Below are positions 26,079-39,386 of a stretch of 64,000 bases of DNA, one piece after another. The notes beneath the pieces were generated by a model that did not search any database, was not told where the DNA came from, and worked only from the letters and a program-made list of their open reading frames with translations. A program made the translations under genes and the position numbers. The stretch's first letter is position 1, and every line of letters begins with the position of its first letter. This DNA comes from Octopus sinensis (Eukaryota): assembly GCF_006345805.1 (NCBI RefSeq), contig NC_043008.1, positions 64,480,001 through 64,544,000 of the forward strand, in the 5' to 3' direction.

Positions 26079-27840
26079 TACATATATACGTGCGTGTATA
26101 TCTATATATGTGAGTATATTAATATATATCTATGCATATGTCTGTGTGTGTGTGTTTATATTTGTGTATACACATACATATCAATACATGTACATACACA
26201 CACACTTATACTCATACATACACACACAAACATATATATGTATATATATATATAATAGGGTTTAGCTCCATTGACTACATTGATTTGGAACACAGTTCTT
26301 TGATTTGATTGGGATAATCAATCCTTCAATAATATCAACGACGTTGATCATCCTAATTGTTTGAAGAAACAATTTTGCAATTGTTATTGTATAAAGACCT
26401 AATATCAGTGAAGCTGAGGTGTTTTGCACAGTTGAATAGTTTAGCATTCGCATGGCTAACCAGCTGAAAAAAAATAACAACCGATGCAAGCCCTAGATCC
26501 CAACTACTCATGCTAGCATGCAAAATCGATGTAACACAGAAGGAGCGCAAAAAAACGAAAAGAGAAAAAAATTATGAGAAAAATGTTGAAGCTTGTATAA
26601 TTTGTTAAATTGCACTGGACCTTCATAATGGCATGCTATTATCTTAATTTCTTTGATCTTTGAGTCAAATTTAATTTCAATATATTTGCGTTGTTTCTCT
26701 TTTGGGAATTCATTATAAAGACATTTGCTGGGGGATTTTGAAATCCATTTGTAAGAAAACGTGAGCTAGAAAATTTTCAACTGTGTAGTTCATTGGAATT
26801 ATGAATGTACCTGTCATACTGGCATGTAATGAATACATTACTTCATTGCCATTAATAAAATAACACTCCCATAACGATATGGTATTTGTATTTTATTCTA
26901 CTTTCAGGAAGATGAATAGGGAATTGCAATACTGTGGCTAAACCTAGCTGTTTCGTGAATTCAGTTAATACACAACACATCATAGAAAAATGGACAGATC
27001 AATATTTTTTTACTAACTGAGAATATGTGACCTATTTTTGGCAAAATTTTAATGCAAATCCCATGCTCTATGCTTGTTTGTCGAGGGAATATCTTCGATA
27101 ATTACGAGAAAAATATCTCTGAAGTGAATTATTCTTGTTTTCACAGCTATAACTGCCAACATTAACAGGTCTCTAATAAATGCGGTTTTCCTTCCAGGCA
27201 TATCATCTGAAAGTTTTATATTCTTTTCAATTAATGCCAATTTTTTAAACATTATTATTTTTTATTATAATTTATTGCTATTATTATTATTATTTTTGTA
27301 CCATTCTTTTTCCTTTCCGTTCATGATTTCCTGAAAAACCAATCCTATTGTCACTACTCGTGTATTATCAAAACCATGTGTTTTCTTTGACAATATCATA
27401 CATAAACATGCCATAAACAAATGAAAAATCAAGAGAAAATGTCATAATATTCATAACTGGTTTTTAAGTTTATTCTTTTGCTCTAATGTCAGTATTGCTC
27501 CAGTGTTTAATTTTCCTTTCAAAAATCCAATTTTTCCATTTGATAAGGACGAAAATCTGTACACGCATTCACAATTACGAAAACATCTGAATTAAATCTG
27601 TAAATATTTCGATGAAGGAGCGTCGTCACACCAACTCAACTGACTAAATGTATTTGTCCAATATTAAAATGCTATTTTCTATTGTATAATGTTACATGAA
27701 AATGTGGCTGTTATGTTATCGGTCTCTTTTAGATAGGAATAAATATATATGTATATATACATTATTTTTCTTTTTACTATGCAGGTCAACCATTCCTCAA
27801 TAAAATCAAAACCCTTTGTCCGATTTTCTTGAAATTTTTA

Positions 27841-29281
27841 CAGGATATGTAAACTTATTTATCCTATGTCTTCTGTACTTTTCGTCTAAATCAGTACAAA
27901 TTTAAAGCGGAAATTAAGAAAAACACGTTTATATGTCGTTTCTTTTCATTATGCAAGTTAACTGCTTTTCAGAATGCAAGCTAACGTGATTTACATATAG
28001 AACAAAATACATAACCAGACCATTAATATACACGTATATCTTCCACCATATAATTATATTTACAAACAATTATTCATATATTTTACATCTTTATATAGCC
28101 TCCTTTACCATCTGTAATTTTAAATATTCTCTCATCAACTGTTTGTATCAATTTCTCTTTTAATATTTCGTGCAGCAGATTTTAATGCTTCACATAGTAA
28201 ATCTTTGTTCGGATATTGTTTATCATTAGAACATACATACATCTTTCTTAATAATTGATCACAAATTCTCTATTGGGTTTATATATGGAGATTGGGGGCG
28301 GGGCATTCCATCATCTTAGGTTCTTTGAAACCTTTCTTAGCTAAATGGTTAATAGTGAATTTAGCAGAGGGTGAAGGGGAATTACATGGCATAAATATGT
28401 TCTTTAACTTGAAACTTCGCGATGTTGACTTGTACCAATGGAAGAAGTTGTCATCTAGAAACTTGCAATAATTTTCAGCATTCATTTTGAACTCATCAAC
28501 AATCTTAAATGGATCTATAATGTCTCCTCCATCTATATCAGCCAAAATATGATTCTTCCACCACCCTGCTGTCTTCTTAATCGTGTTGGTTGACTTTTTT
28601 CGTGTAACACCCAGACTCTTGCCCATCTATCAGGTTATGTAATGTTGCTTTGACTCATCAGGAAAAAATTACGTTTGTAAAGACTTCATATATCTTTTTA
28701 CTCACATCACTCTTATGTTCTTTATTTAAAGGAAGCAATTTTGCCAAATTTATGACTTTGCCTATTTCTTTTAGTATTGCACAACGTTTTTCTCCTTTGT
28801 ACGATAGAGATTCCTGCTTCTTCAAAGATTTGTTTGCTGGTTAGCCCACTTTTCTTGCACATAATTCTTTTGAGTTTTCTCTTATCTCTATTTTTGATGT
28901 TCGTGAAACCCGTTTTCTTCCTTATTCTTACTCTCTTTACGATTTGTACCTGTTTTTTTTATTTTTTTATTATTGCTCTGTGATCTTTAGCGTTTTAGAA
29001 ATTGCAATCCTTGTATCCCCTTCTCCCGGTAGTTTCACTATTTCTTTCGTCTCCTTTGATGTTATATCTTTACTTCGACCCATTTCTATATTTCCTATAT
29101 CTGAAATTAAGAAAAAAGCATTTCAAACTCACATATTACATGGGGGAAAGCAGTATCGAGTTAACTTGCATAATAAAAAGAAACACCCTATAAACGTGTT
29201 TTTCTTCATTTCCTCTTTAAGTGTGTACCAATTTAGACGAAACTTACATGAAACATGGGATACATAACCCTACATATCCCG
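27841..29281 (-). mobile_element. Full-span Tc1-family transposon with long TIRs and TA TSDs, transposase pseudogenised
   Basis: TA at 27839-40 and 29282-83. Left end CAGGATATGT..TTTCGTCTAAAT..AAGAAAAACACGTTTATA..TTATGCAAGTTAACT aligns with the reverse complement of the right end over about 130 bp. ATG at 29083 (MGRSKDITSKE), VIFPDES, KMNAENYCKFLD, NPIENL, GKGGYIKM*. Confidence 0.9.
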
Positions 29282-29354
29282 TAAAAGGTTTAGGAAAATC
29301 GGACAAGGGGTTTTGATTTTGAAAAATGATTGATCTACTTAATAAAAGGAAACA

Positions 29355-29417
<63 letters not shown>

Positions 29418-29420
<3 letters not shown>

Positions 29421-29700
29421 ATTATATATATAAAATCTGTTCAGTCTGTCTGTTTGTGCGCTTATAACTCGAGTGTTGTGCATCCGATTGCGCTGAAATT
29501 TTAAACATAGATAGATGAGAGAGCGGAGCGTTCCGTAATCTAAAACGAATTTCAAAATTGGTAGTTTAAAAGTGAGAATCTTCATTTTTGAATTTTTTTG
29601 TCCTGTTTGTTCCGCCATTAAAAGCAACGTGTTTGCTCAGAGAGCCGGCACATAGCATTTCGTTAGCAGCAAGGGGAGTACAGGATGACAGTCAGCCCAA
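29418..29700 (+). mobile_element. Helitron-type 5' end
   Basis: TATATATATAAAATCTGTTCAGTCTGTCTGTTTGTG..CCGATTGCGCTGAAATTTT resembles the 5' ends of the Helitrons at 12419 and 21054. Confidence 0.5.
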
Positions 29701-30699
29701 ATCGTCGCTATGCTGTCTCTTCTTTCCTCTCTCTGCCTCTCTTATGATGTTCAATTCTACTTGAGGTTGTATATATATTATGTTAAGATTCGTTATCAAT
29801 CAGTTATCCTTATTGAGAAGAAACAGTCAAAAGTAACCACCACATGCAATCACCAAACATCTTCACTACTTAACACCGTCCAATTTTGGGGTTAATTATC
29901 TTAATCTTTAGTTACAGTTTGTCATTCAAACTACATAATAGGCAGAATTGTCGGATTAAAACAGTAGGGTGCTTTGAGGGAGATTTGGATGCTATTTCTA
30001 CCAGGTCTAGCTACCATGTAGAGGTCTTTCTCATTGGCTCATACATACATATATACATACATATATACATACATATATACATAAATTTGAAATAAAATAC
30101 TTAAAGTAACAGTTGTCAAATACAAAAGCCAAGGTCCATGCAGTGTCATGGGCGAAATAAATTTCCAATTCTTGCCTAATACAAGCTCAGAGCAATCTCT
30201 AATCTCTTACACTATTTCAGTATTACGTCTCTATTGTAAGGTGAGATAATACTTTCAGTTTGAAAGAAGTCTGTCCTATATATATTCCTTATGCATTCCA
30301 AAAGCGAATTAAAGATTTTGATGTGTGGGCTATCAAAAGATTCAGTACTATTTCGGCTACAAATTAAACTTAATTTGCATTCACATACTTGCATTTCAAA
30401 AATTTAACATTATGATCTTTTCCATAAATCAACTATCGTAAACATGTTATACGATGACGTCACATATTCTATATGTGTGTGTACTATAAAAGACATCAAT
30501 CATCACGACACACACCTTCACTCACTCACTCTATCTCTCTTTTTCACTCTCTTTCTCTCTCACAAACATAAGCGCACGCACGCGCGCACACACACACACA
30601 CACATGCGTGTCCATTTCATATAGACGTACATAAGTCTTTCACCTTCTTTTTCTGTCCTTTTCGCTTTCTCTTTCAATTTCTGCTCTCTTCATATAAAG

Positions 30700-31600
30700 T
30701 TTTACAGAATGATCAAGAGAAACACAGAAAAGACGTAATCTTTCCAGAAACAAGTAGGAAGCAACGAGGATTGTAGAAAACCAAAAGCAAGAGACTGAAG
30801 AGAGATGAGATTTTCTCAAGATCAGCAAATGCATGTTGCTGCACTTAAGGCTGGACCATTAAATCAATGTTTTAATGACTAGGCGGCGAGCTGGCAGAAA
30901 CGTTAGTACGTCGGGCGGAATGAGTAGCCGTATTTCATCTGCCGTTACGTTCTGGGTTCAAATTCCGCCGAGGTCGACTTTGCCTTTCATCCTTTCGGGA
31001 TCGATAAATTAAGTACCAGTTACGCACTGGGGTCGATGTTATCGACTTAATCTGTTTGTCTGTCTTTGTTTGTCCCCTCTATGTTTAGCTCCTTGTGGGT
31101 AGTAAAGAAATAAATGTTTTAATGACTAGACAGAGGTCCAGTAGAATAGCTCACAGAAACAGTCTACGTACAAATCCGTTCTTCACAACTCCTGAAACTG
31201 TTTTCAGATATGATCCATCCCATTATTATAAAAATGATAACTCTGTCCAAATTGGTGTGCTAAATACAAATTGTCGTTGCAAATGAAAGAAATTGTATGT
31301 GCTGCTCAGGCGGTCAGGTAGCATTGCCAGTACTACCAGCTCCTTTTCAACCTCTTATGGATCTTCTAGAAGGCACTTCCATCCAGTCAAAGGATTTTCT
31401 GAACAATATCAGACAATACAACTCTGCATTTCAAATGACGTCGTTTGGTGCATCTAAAAAGATAGATAAACATGAATTTACGCCGACGTGAAAGTTCAAG
31501 GGCAAGTCTATCACCTCATTGGTTCCCTTTAATCCACAAATGAACAGCCACAGTTCCAATTTATTTATGAGTGATGTAGGACAACAAACCCGAAGGAGGT
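30700..31600 (+). mobile_element. Helitron Rep/helicase N-terminal fragment (pseudogene)
   Basis: FRYDPSHYYKNDNSVQIG, MCCSGGQVALP..FLNNIRQYNSAFQMTSFGA, and after a stop KVQGQVYHLIGSL: the conserved Helitron Rep N-terminal block. Confidence 0.85.
30882..31112 (+). mobile_element. SINE family A inserted in the Helitron fragment
   Basis: 17-bp TSD AATGTTTTAATGACTAG at 30866-30882 and 31113-31129. Confidence 0.92.
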
Positions 31601-31936
31601 GTTAAAATTTCAGATGCTGGGTCGTGATAAACACAGCGCTGACTGCTGCGAAAAAGAATATATCTACTGACAGCTTTTCGGTGCGTTCAAAAATCACGTA
31701 ACACCCATCTCCAATTATCCATGACAGGTTAGGACCTGATATACTCCAAACAGACGCATAGCATGTTGCTTAGTCGAATTAGCCCAGCATTTACTCCACA
31801 AATGTTTTGTTGTCAGTGCAGCACTTTCCCATATCACCTGTTCAACTTAACTTTAATATATTATATACATACAATGCCATTTTAACCCCAAGCAATGCCA
31901 GGTATCTCTACTAGTATATATATATATATGTATATG

Positions 31937-31988
<52 letters not shown>

Positions 31989-32240
31989 ATATATATATAC
32001 ATGTGTATACATACATAGACATATATATATATATATATATATACATATATATACATACACACACACACACATATATATATAGCTGCAGGAGTGGCTGTGT
32101 GGTAAGGGGGTTGCTTACCAACCACATGGTTTCAGTCCCAGCGTGTGGCAACTTGGGAAAATGTCTTCTACTCTAGCTTGGAGCTGACCAAAGCCTTATG
32201 AGTGGATATGGTAGACGGAAACTGAAAAAAGGCTGTCGTG

Positions 32241-32449
32241 TGACCGCGTGTGTACCGTTGGCGATTTTTTTCCCCCGTCTTCCCTTCTCTGGATCTTTCC
32301 TTTTCCTGTGTTTCTGACGAAGAGCTCCGCTCGAAACGTAAAATACTCCTTCTTCCCTTCCTTCCTGAGCATCCAATAATACGATATTTGTTCTTCCACG
32401 TCCCTGCGTTGTTGTGTTTTCTCTTTGTTTTTGATGTTTGGATTAACCC

Positions 32450-32450
<1 letters not shown>
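32241..32450 (+). mobile_element. PLE-like terminal fragment
   Basis: T-rich segment containing a minimal hammerhead and ending in (TA)n. Confidence 0.65.
32308..32346 (+). ncRNA. Minimal type I hammerhead ribozyme motif
   Basis: GTGTTT-CTGACGA-A-GAGC-TCC-GCTC-GAA-ACGT-A-AAATAC: 6-bp stem I with one G.U, 4-bp stem II, palindromic ACGT stem III. Confidence 0.75.
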
Positions 32451-32490
<40 letters not shown>

Positions 32491-32848
32491 GTAGATGCTT
32501 GTGTGTATGTGTTTGTCCCCACACCATCGCTTGACAACCGATGTTGGTCCCGTCGCTCAGCGCTTAACGGTTCGGCAAAAGACACCGATAGAATAAGTAC
32601 TAGTCTTACAAAGAATAAGTCCTGGGATCGATATTTTCGACTAAAGGCGGCGCTCCAGCATGATCGCAGTCAAATGATTGAAACGAATAAAAGAATAAAA
32701 GAATATATATATATATATACATAATACATATATACATATATATGTATATATGTACGTATATGTATGTATTTATATGTGTATGTATAGATGGATGCATGTA
32801 TATACACACGTATGCATAATTATGTATGTATATATGTATATATATATG

Positions 32849-32934
<86 letters not shown>

Positions 32935-35229
32935 ATTTTGAAATAATAGCATGAAATTCAATATCAAACAAAATTTTTCATAAAGATATATATGTTTAAA
33001 ATAGTATTGTATTAAAAATATATATAAATATAGGAAGCATGACAGCTTAAAAAATTGTTAATTAATGTGATCGTTTCACGAAAATATTATCATTATAATG
33101 GAATCCATTATTGATACACATCGTCAAAGATGGAGAAGATAAAATTTATTATATATCAAATGTTGTTTTAAGATTAGAAAAATATATGAGAATGGATTTT
33201 TTAAAATATTAAAATTTACTGGTTTAGATTTATGCAGGTCGACTTTGGTAATAACACTTAAAGTTTGTATAAATATCCTTCGTAATTTCATCTCATTAAT
33301 CCCTGACTGGTTTTGATTTATGTAGATAGAGTTTGGTAGGAAGATTTCGAGTTTGTATATATATATCCTTGTTAAATTTATCTTGGTAATCCATGACAAG
33401 TTTGTGTAAACAGTACTTTAACCTGCATTCCATATTTGAGATGTAGAAGGTTGATTTTGGTGGTCAAAAGAATTAGTGTTAAATTTTCATTTGTATAGAT
33501 GGAAGATACCAATTTAAATTTTAAATTATAAATTACAATTTTTTCCTTTCAATGAACAAAAGAATCACTGTTTCTATGCCTCGAAGGCCAATTATTGGCC
33601 CACTGCATATCTGGCAGTAAGAGGGACGCAAATTCGTTGCAACCTGTTTATTACAGTACCATAGAATTCTTCTACAAACAACGGAAATTTTCATTTGGTG
33701 AAAAAGTCTAGTCCTCATTAATATATGCTTATGTTGTAAATAACACATTGCATCCTGCTGTGTTGTCAAAGTGCTCCGCAGGTATCTCAATTCTACAATA
33801 TAATCTCTGAAACATACGTACCTATTTACGATTTGGAAAATCAAACAGCACCACACAAACGATAGGTAATAATCTGTACTGTCGTACGCCATGATCAAAC
33901 GTAAAGGATCCCGAATATGGCAGAGCACATGGCTCTCGAAGAAGGGCCAATGCTAATCTGTTGATGCTATGGTTGCATATATCAGAGTTCCAATACATTT
34001 CTCTACCCGGGAAGCGAGTTGTAATACTGTTGAAGTGACTTTGCTTATAATATATACACACACTCACATACACTGTCAATTCCTTACTTCTCAACATTGA
34101 TTTAAATTTGTTTCATTTCAATGCTCGGTAATGTTACTTCAGTATGTTGCTATCAGAATATATAGCTCGGACGTTCAACTTGATCACGTCTGGCAGGAAT
34201 TCAAAAGACATTTCAGCTTTTAAAGATTTGTAACCTCTTGAGTTTAAATTTCATGAAAACATTGTTACGTCTTTCGAAATTATCAGGAAAATTTACATCT
34301 GTGTAGAAATTTAAAATAAAAAATTGTGATCTGCTGTGTGAAACAGAAAAAAAATTCACAGTACACCAACATCAATACACACACACACACACGCACATAC
34401 ACATACTTATAAATATAAACACATACAAATGAAGATAGAAAGGAAGTGCAAAACAACTTTTGGAATTAACTTTTTCACCGAATAGTAAAATTGTACGAGG
34501 AGGTCATTAAAATCCGAAAACCTGTCCAACAATAACGAATAAAAACTTGTCAATTTATCAAGGTGTGCTTCGATTAGAATTTCGTGCACATATACATATA
34601 TACATATATACAGAGCGAGAGAGAGAGAACGAAGTAATTTTATTCCACACGAGTAGAAATACAGGAAAAATAAAAGTTGAAAATGCCCTGAGAATAGTTA
34701 AAATATTTTATATTATAATATAATTAAAGATATAACCGGTTTCATAGTTTACACTTATTTTCAAACATTTGATATAGAAAGACGTGGCTTATGTCACAGC
34801 TGTTTTGCTTCTGACTAGTGGTTGAAGCTTGCTTTATATTTATAGGGAGTTCATTCCTCAGATTAATATATGTTTTGAATAGGGTTTGATTGGCAGAGGT
34901 TAATCACATGACTGGTGTTAATTTTTTTTAGGTTCCTCGCTACATCCATGTGATACTGTCAGGTAACAATGTTTAGCGTCCTAAGTTAAGAGTGACACGG
35001 TTGACTGATCAAGACTGGTGGTAGTACTAAACAATCAATGCTCAGAATGTTTTCTGTCAAGTGTTTGTAGAAAATGAACACATGATTAAGTTTAGAACCT
35101 TTTGTACGTTCCCTGCTACGTCCCTGCGTTAGTGTCACGTAGCAGTATATTTTGCGCCTAAAATGAAGGCGACACGGTTGAATGAACATGCATAGTTAAA
35201 ATCAAGTCACTTCAAATTTAATCTATCCG

Positions 35230-35966
35230 GTGGGAGAGTAGACAGGAGTCATTTGTAATTAGTGAATTGGTTAATGTTTAGGTTGTTAGCTGTTTAGGTT
35301 CCTCATCTTAAGTGGCAGAATGAGTTTTGTAAGTGAATAGTTATTTGTGTATGTACTTTATTAAAATATATTAAATCTGGGTTTGTAATTTTGTATGAAA
35401 GTATTCTCTTTGTTTATCCCTGCTCCATCTGTGATATTCACTGAATATAGATAGAATGGGAGGACATGGAATTTGGGGGACTTATATTCTACACATATGT
35501 CTATGTGTCCGTTCAGTGGAATCTATCTGGTACTGTGGTCTCGTATTTGTTGTCGGTGAATAGTCAGTCTCTTTCTTAGAGTAAGATTTGTTTCACCTAT
35601 GTAATCTTCATTACATCTTTTACATTTAATTGCGTATGTCAAATTCCTTGAAGAACATGTAAAGTGATTTTTTTGCGGTAAAAATCTGTCGTGGTTTGAA
35701 TTTGTATGCTGTGTCTTTAATAAGAGTGGGGCGGCCACAGTTTTTGACTGTCGGTGTGGGAGTTGCAGAAGGTAATTTAGCACTTGTGAGGAATTTTTTG
35801 GGAGACTGTGATTGTCTTTTACTTTTGATTATTTTGTGTATTTCAAATGCTTGTTTCATTACTGGGTCTTGTTCTATTAGCTTTAGCGCATGTTGCCTTT
35901 TAAGTAGTTTTTGTTTTAGTTCATGGAGTCTTTTATTGCGAGTTTCAGGGTTTGAGACAATATATA
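35230..35966 (-). mobile_element. Penelope-like element, ORF C-terminus with GIY-YIG endonuclease (frameshifted)
   Basis: IVSNPETRNKRLHELKQKLLKRQ..KIIKSKRQ..TVKNCGRP, then NLTYAIKCKRCNEDYIGETNLTLRKRLTIHRQQIRD (GIY-YIG). Confidence 0.88.
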
Positions 35967-35968
35967 TA

Positions 35969-36520
35969 CGAGGGGAAGTCAAAAATTATCCGAAGTGTCA
36001 ATGTAGCATATATTTACTATTGTCATACTGCTTTCTGCGCATACGTGATTATAGTTGGTGTAATTGTGGTCATGTGATCGAAGTTTGAGCCAGATTGTAC
36101 AATTTTTCTGGCTTTACAATGAAAGCATGGCCGCTTCACTAGCAATGTGCACCAAAGAAGAATAAAGAGCAGTGATCCGATTTCTGTGGTCGGAATGTGT
36201 GTCAGATGCTGAAATTCAGTGGAGGCTTTTAGCACAATACGGGGACAGTGCATTAACGTATAGAAGTGTGTATGAGTGGATCGATAAATTTAAAAGTGGC
36301 CGGACAAGCGTGACGCACGAAGAGGGAACAGGACGCTCGTCAACCTCCACCACTGATGAGAAGATTCAGTAAGATCAAAAGATGGTAATGGTGAACCGGT
36401 TCGCCATTACCATCTCTCGGATCATTGCTCTTTGTTCTTCTTTGGTGCACATTGCAGGTGGTGTGGCCATGGTTATACTGTAAAGCCAGAAAGAAAAATG
36501 GCGCTATTAGGCTCAAACTT
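35969..36520 (+). mobile_element. Irritans-type mariner 5' fragment with a fold-back inverted copy
   Basis: TA|CGAGGGGAAGTCAAAAATTATCCG TIR. ATG at 36127 (MAASLAMCTKEE*RAVIRFLWSE..VYEWIDKFKSGRTSV). 36416-36520 is an inverted copy of 36081-36183. Confidence 0.85.
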
Positions 36521-36531
36521 ATATATATATA

Positions 36532-36720
36532 TAAAGGGAAAGTTTACGAAAATAAACAAAAGACAAAGGCAGGTGGAGTACAAACAAACAAATGTATTAG
36601 TATAGCGCTCAGGAATATAAAAAGTCTTGTACGTTTCGAGCCTACGCTCTTCGACAGAAAGATACACAGAAAAAAACAAGGAGAGAAAAAAATGCCTGTA
36701 GGGGCTAACGATCTATCATG
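36532..36720 (-). mobile_element. PLE-like terminal fragment with a variant hammerhead core
   Basis: Minus strand TCTTT-CTGTCGA-A-GAGC-GTAG-GCTC-GAA-ACGT-A-CAAGA (36624-36662), abutting (TA)n. Confidence 0.6.
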
Positions 36721-37048
36721 GATGTATATAAGCTTCGCAGAATTTCTACCTAGTACTCGAAAATTCGAATAATGTTAGGCCAACCAATATAAAATTGATT
36801 CCTTAGGCACGAGCTGAATCTCCATATCCTGTTAGACTGAATCTCAGAAAAAGATCATCGATGTTAAAGATACAAAATACGAAGTCTGCTATAGTCAAAG
36901 AGAGCGAGTTAAGTTATCATTTAGGCAGAGTAATCGTACAACGATTGAGCAGAATTGAAAAGAAAAATTCAATTTAGTTAACATGTCTTCACATAGGCAT
37001 ATATGTTTGTTTCAGACAATGGAAGCATGTATTTATGATGTACGCATG

Positions 37049-37266
37049 TATCTATAGGAATCTTTGCCATCTTCGTCTCTTTCTTTCTACACCTTTATAC
37101 ATGCATGTATGTATGTATGTGTACGTGTGCATCTGTGTATATATATATATATAAGTATATTGATTTATACATACGCATATATCTATAGGAATCTTTGCCA
37201 TCTTCGTCTCTTTCTTTCTACACCTTTATACATGCATGTATATATGTATGTGTACGTGTGCATCTG

Positions 37267-37330
<64 letters not shown>

Positions 37331-37355
37331 TATATTGATTTATACATACGCATAT
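37049..37355. repeat. Local tandem duplication (~130 bp unit with an expanded TA run in copy 2)
   Basis: ATCTATAGGAATCTTTGCCATCTTCGTCTC.. occurs at ~37049 and ~37181. Confidence 0.9.
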
Positions 37356-37443
37356 AAAAATATTTATATGCAAGAGTATGTATATGTAGATACGTATGAA
37401 TGTCTATATATATATGCATGTGTGTATATATGTATATATATAT

Positions 37444-37565
<122 letters not shown>

Positions 37566-37899
37566 TATGCATGTATGTATGTGTGTATCCGTATGTGTAA
37601 GTTATACATGCGTTAAGACCATATAGGAATCCTCGAATATGCCTAGCCGTCTGTGCATGTATGAGCTTCTGTGCACATAGTGAAACACTCTCGTTGACAT
37701 ATTTAAGCCAATATTGTTAATGGAGTCACTGTTGTTACAATATGAAATGCTTTAATGAACTGTTAAAAGGACCTTACGAGACAACAAAATGAAGGAGCAG
37801 TAAAGGAAGACAAAATTGCAAAAAAAGAGGAGCTGAAAGAGAACAAGGAAAAGAAGACGAAAGAAGAAGAGAAGAGGAACACGAAGCAGCATATATATG

Positions 37900-37990
37900 T
37901 ATATATATTGTATATATATGTTAAAGTATACATATATATATACATACACATCTATATTATATATGAATATATATATATTTATATTATATA

Positions 37991-38037
<47 letters not shown>

Positions 38038-38480
38038 CTATATAATATAGATATATATATATGATATATATACATCTATATATATATACATATATATATA
38101 TATATGTCTATATCTATCTATTCAGCTATATATATATACACACACACATATTAACACATATGCATGTATATACACACACACACATGTTAAAGTATACATA
38201 TATATATATTACATACACATCTATATTATATATGAATATATATATATATATATATATATATCTATATATATATATATATATATACATCTATATAATATAG
38301 ATATATATATGAATATATATACATCTATATAATATATACATATATATATATGTCTATATCTATCTATTCAGCTATATATATATATACACACACACATATT
38401 AACACATACGCATGTATATATACACACACACATATGCATTTATATACATATGCACATACATATATATGTGTGTGTTTGTG
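37900..38480. repeat. TA-rich microsatellite field with a ~250 bp local duplication
   Basis: GTCTATATCTATCTATTCAGC occurs at ~38106 and ~38352. Confidence 0.8.
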
Positions 38481-38716
38481 TGTGTATGTATGTATGAATG
38501 TATACAGCAAAAAATATGCAAAGAAAACATCTGAGCATTAGCCACTCTTTGTAGTAGTACGGCTTTATATGAATAGGATGTCACCGGAGGCCCTTGTTAA
38601 TGATAAAAATGATGGTGTTTTTGAAAGCACTGAATTGAAATGAAAATGCGAAAATAAAGAATCTAAGACTAAGAATGTGGCAGAAGATAAGAAAGAGAGA
38701 ATGAAAAGTTGAGAGT

Positions 38717-38765
<49 letters not shown>

Positions 38766-38991
38766 ATATAAATGAGAAGCGAGTTTCGAGGAAGGTCAGT
38801 GGAGAAGATCGTCAAAAATTTTAAATGTTTCCGAGAATGCAAGGTAGGAGAAGAGTAAATATGTGAATAGAAATATGCAGAAGAAACGAGATTGATGTAC
38901 CTGTATGTCAGAAAATATGTTGGTTAGTATCTATCTATGTACCTCCTTGTCTCGGTCTCTCTCACTCTGTCTGTCTGCCTGTCTCTGTTTG

Positions 38992-39064
<73 letters not shown>

Positions 39065-39146
39065 AGGGTGGAAATTGTTGTTAAATCAATTAAAACCAGT
39101 GGTTTAGCATATTTAAAAATCCGAAGATTAATAATTGTGTTATATA

Positions 39147-39386
39147 CAAAATTAAGAGGAATGACCACTAAAGTGGACACCCTATATGCTAAACACAGAC
39201 GTCAAATCGCCATTACCACGAACAATGTGTTCCCAAGAAAATGTTTTCATATGTCTTGTTCATTTTTACATTTTGACGTTTTTGCTGAGATTTTTTTCTT
39301 GAGAACACATTCCTTGTGGTAATGGCGATTTGACATCTATGTTTAGCATATAGGGTGTCCACTTTAGTGGTCATTTCTCTTAATTT

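Larger units (their letters stand above)
32081..32704 (+). mobile_element. SINE family B split by a PLE-like fragment
   Basis: 5' half at 32081-32240 and 3' half at ~32475-32704, with unrelated sequence between them. Confidence 0.85.

Noticed and set aside
33533-34097. Overlapping minus-strand ORFs of 131 and 91 aa
   Set aside because: I recognise no domain and see no consistent splice pattern. It needs BLAST or RNA-seq.
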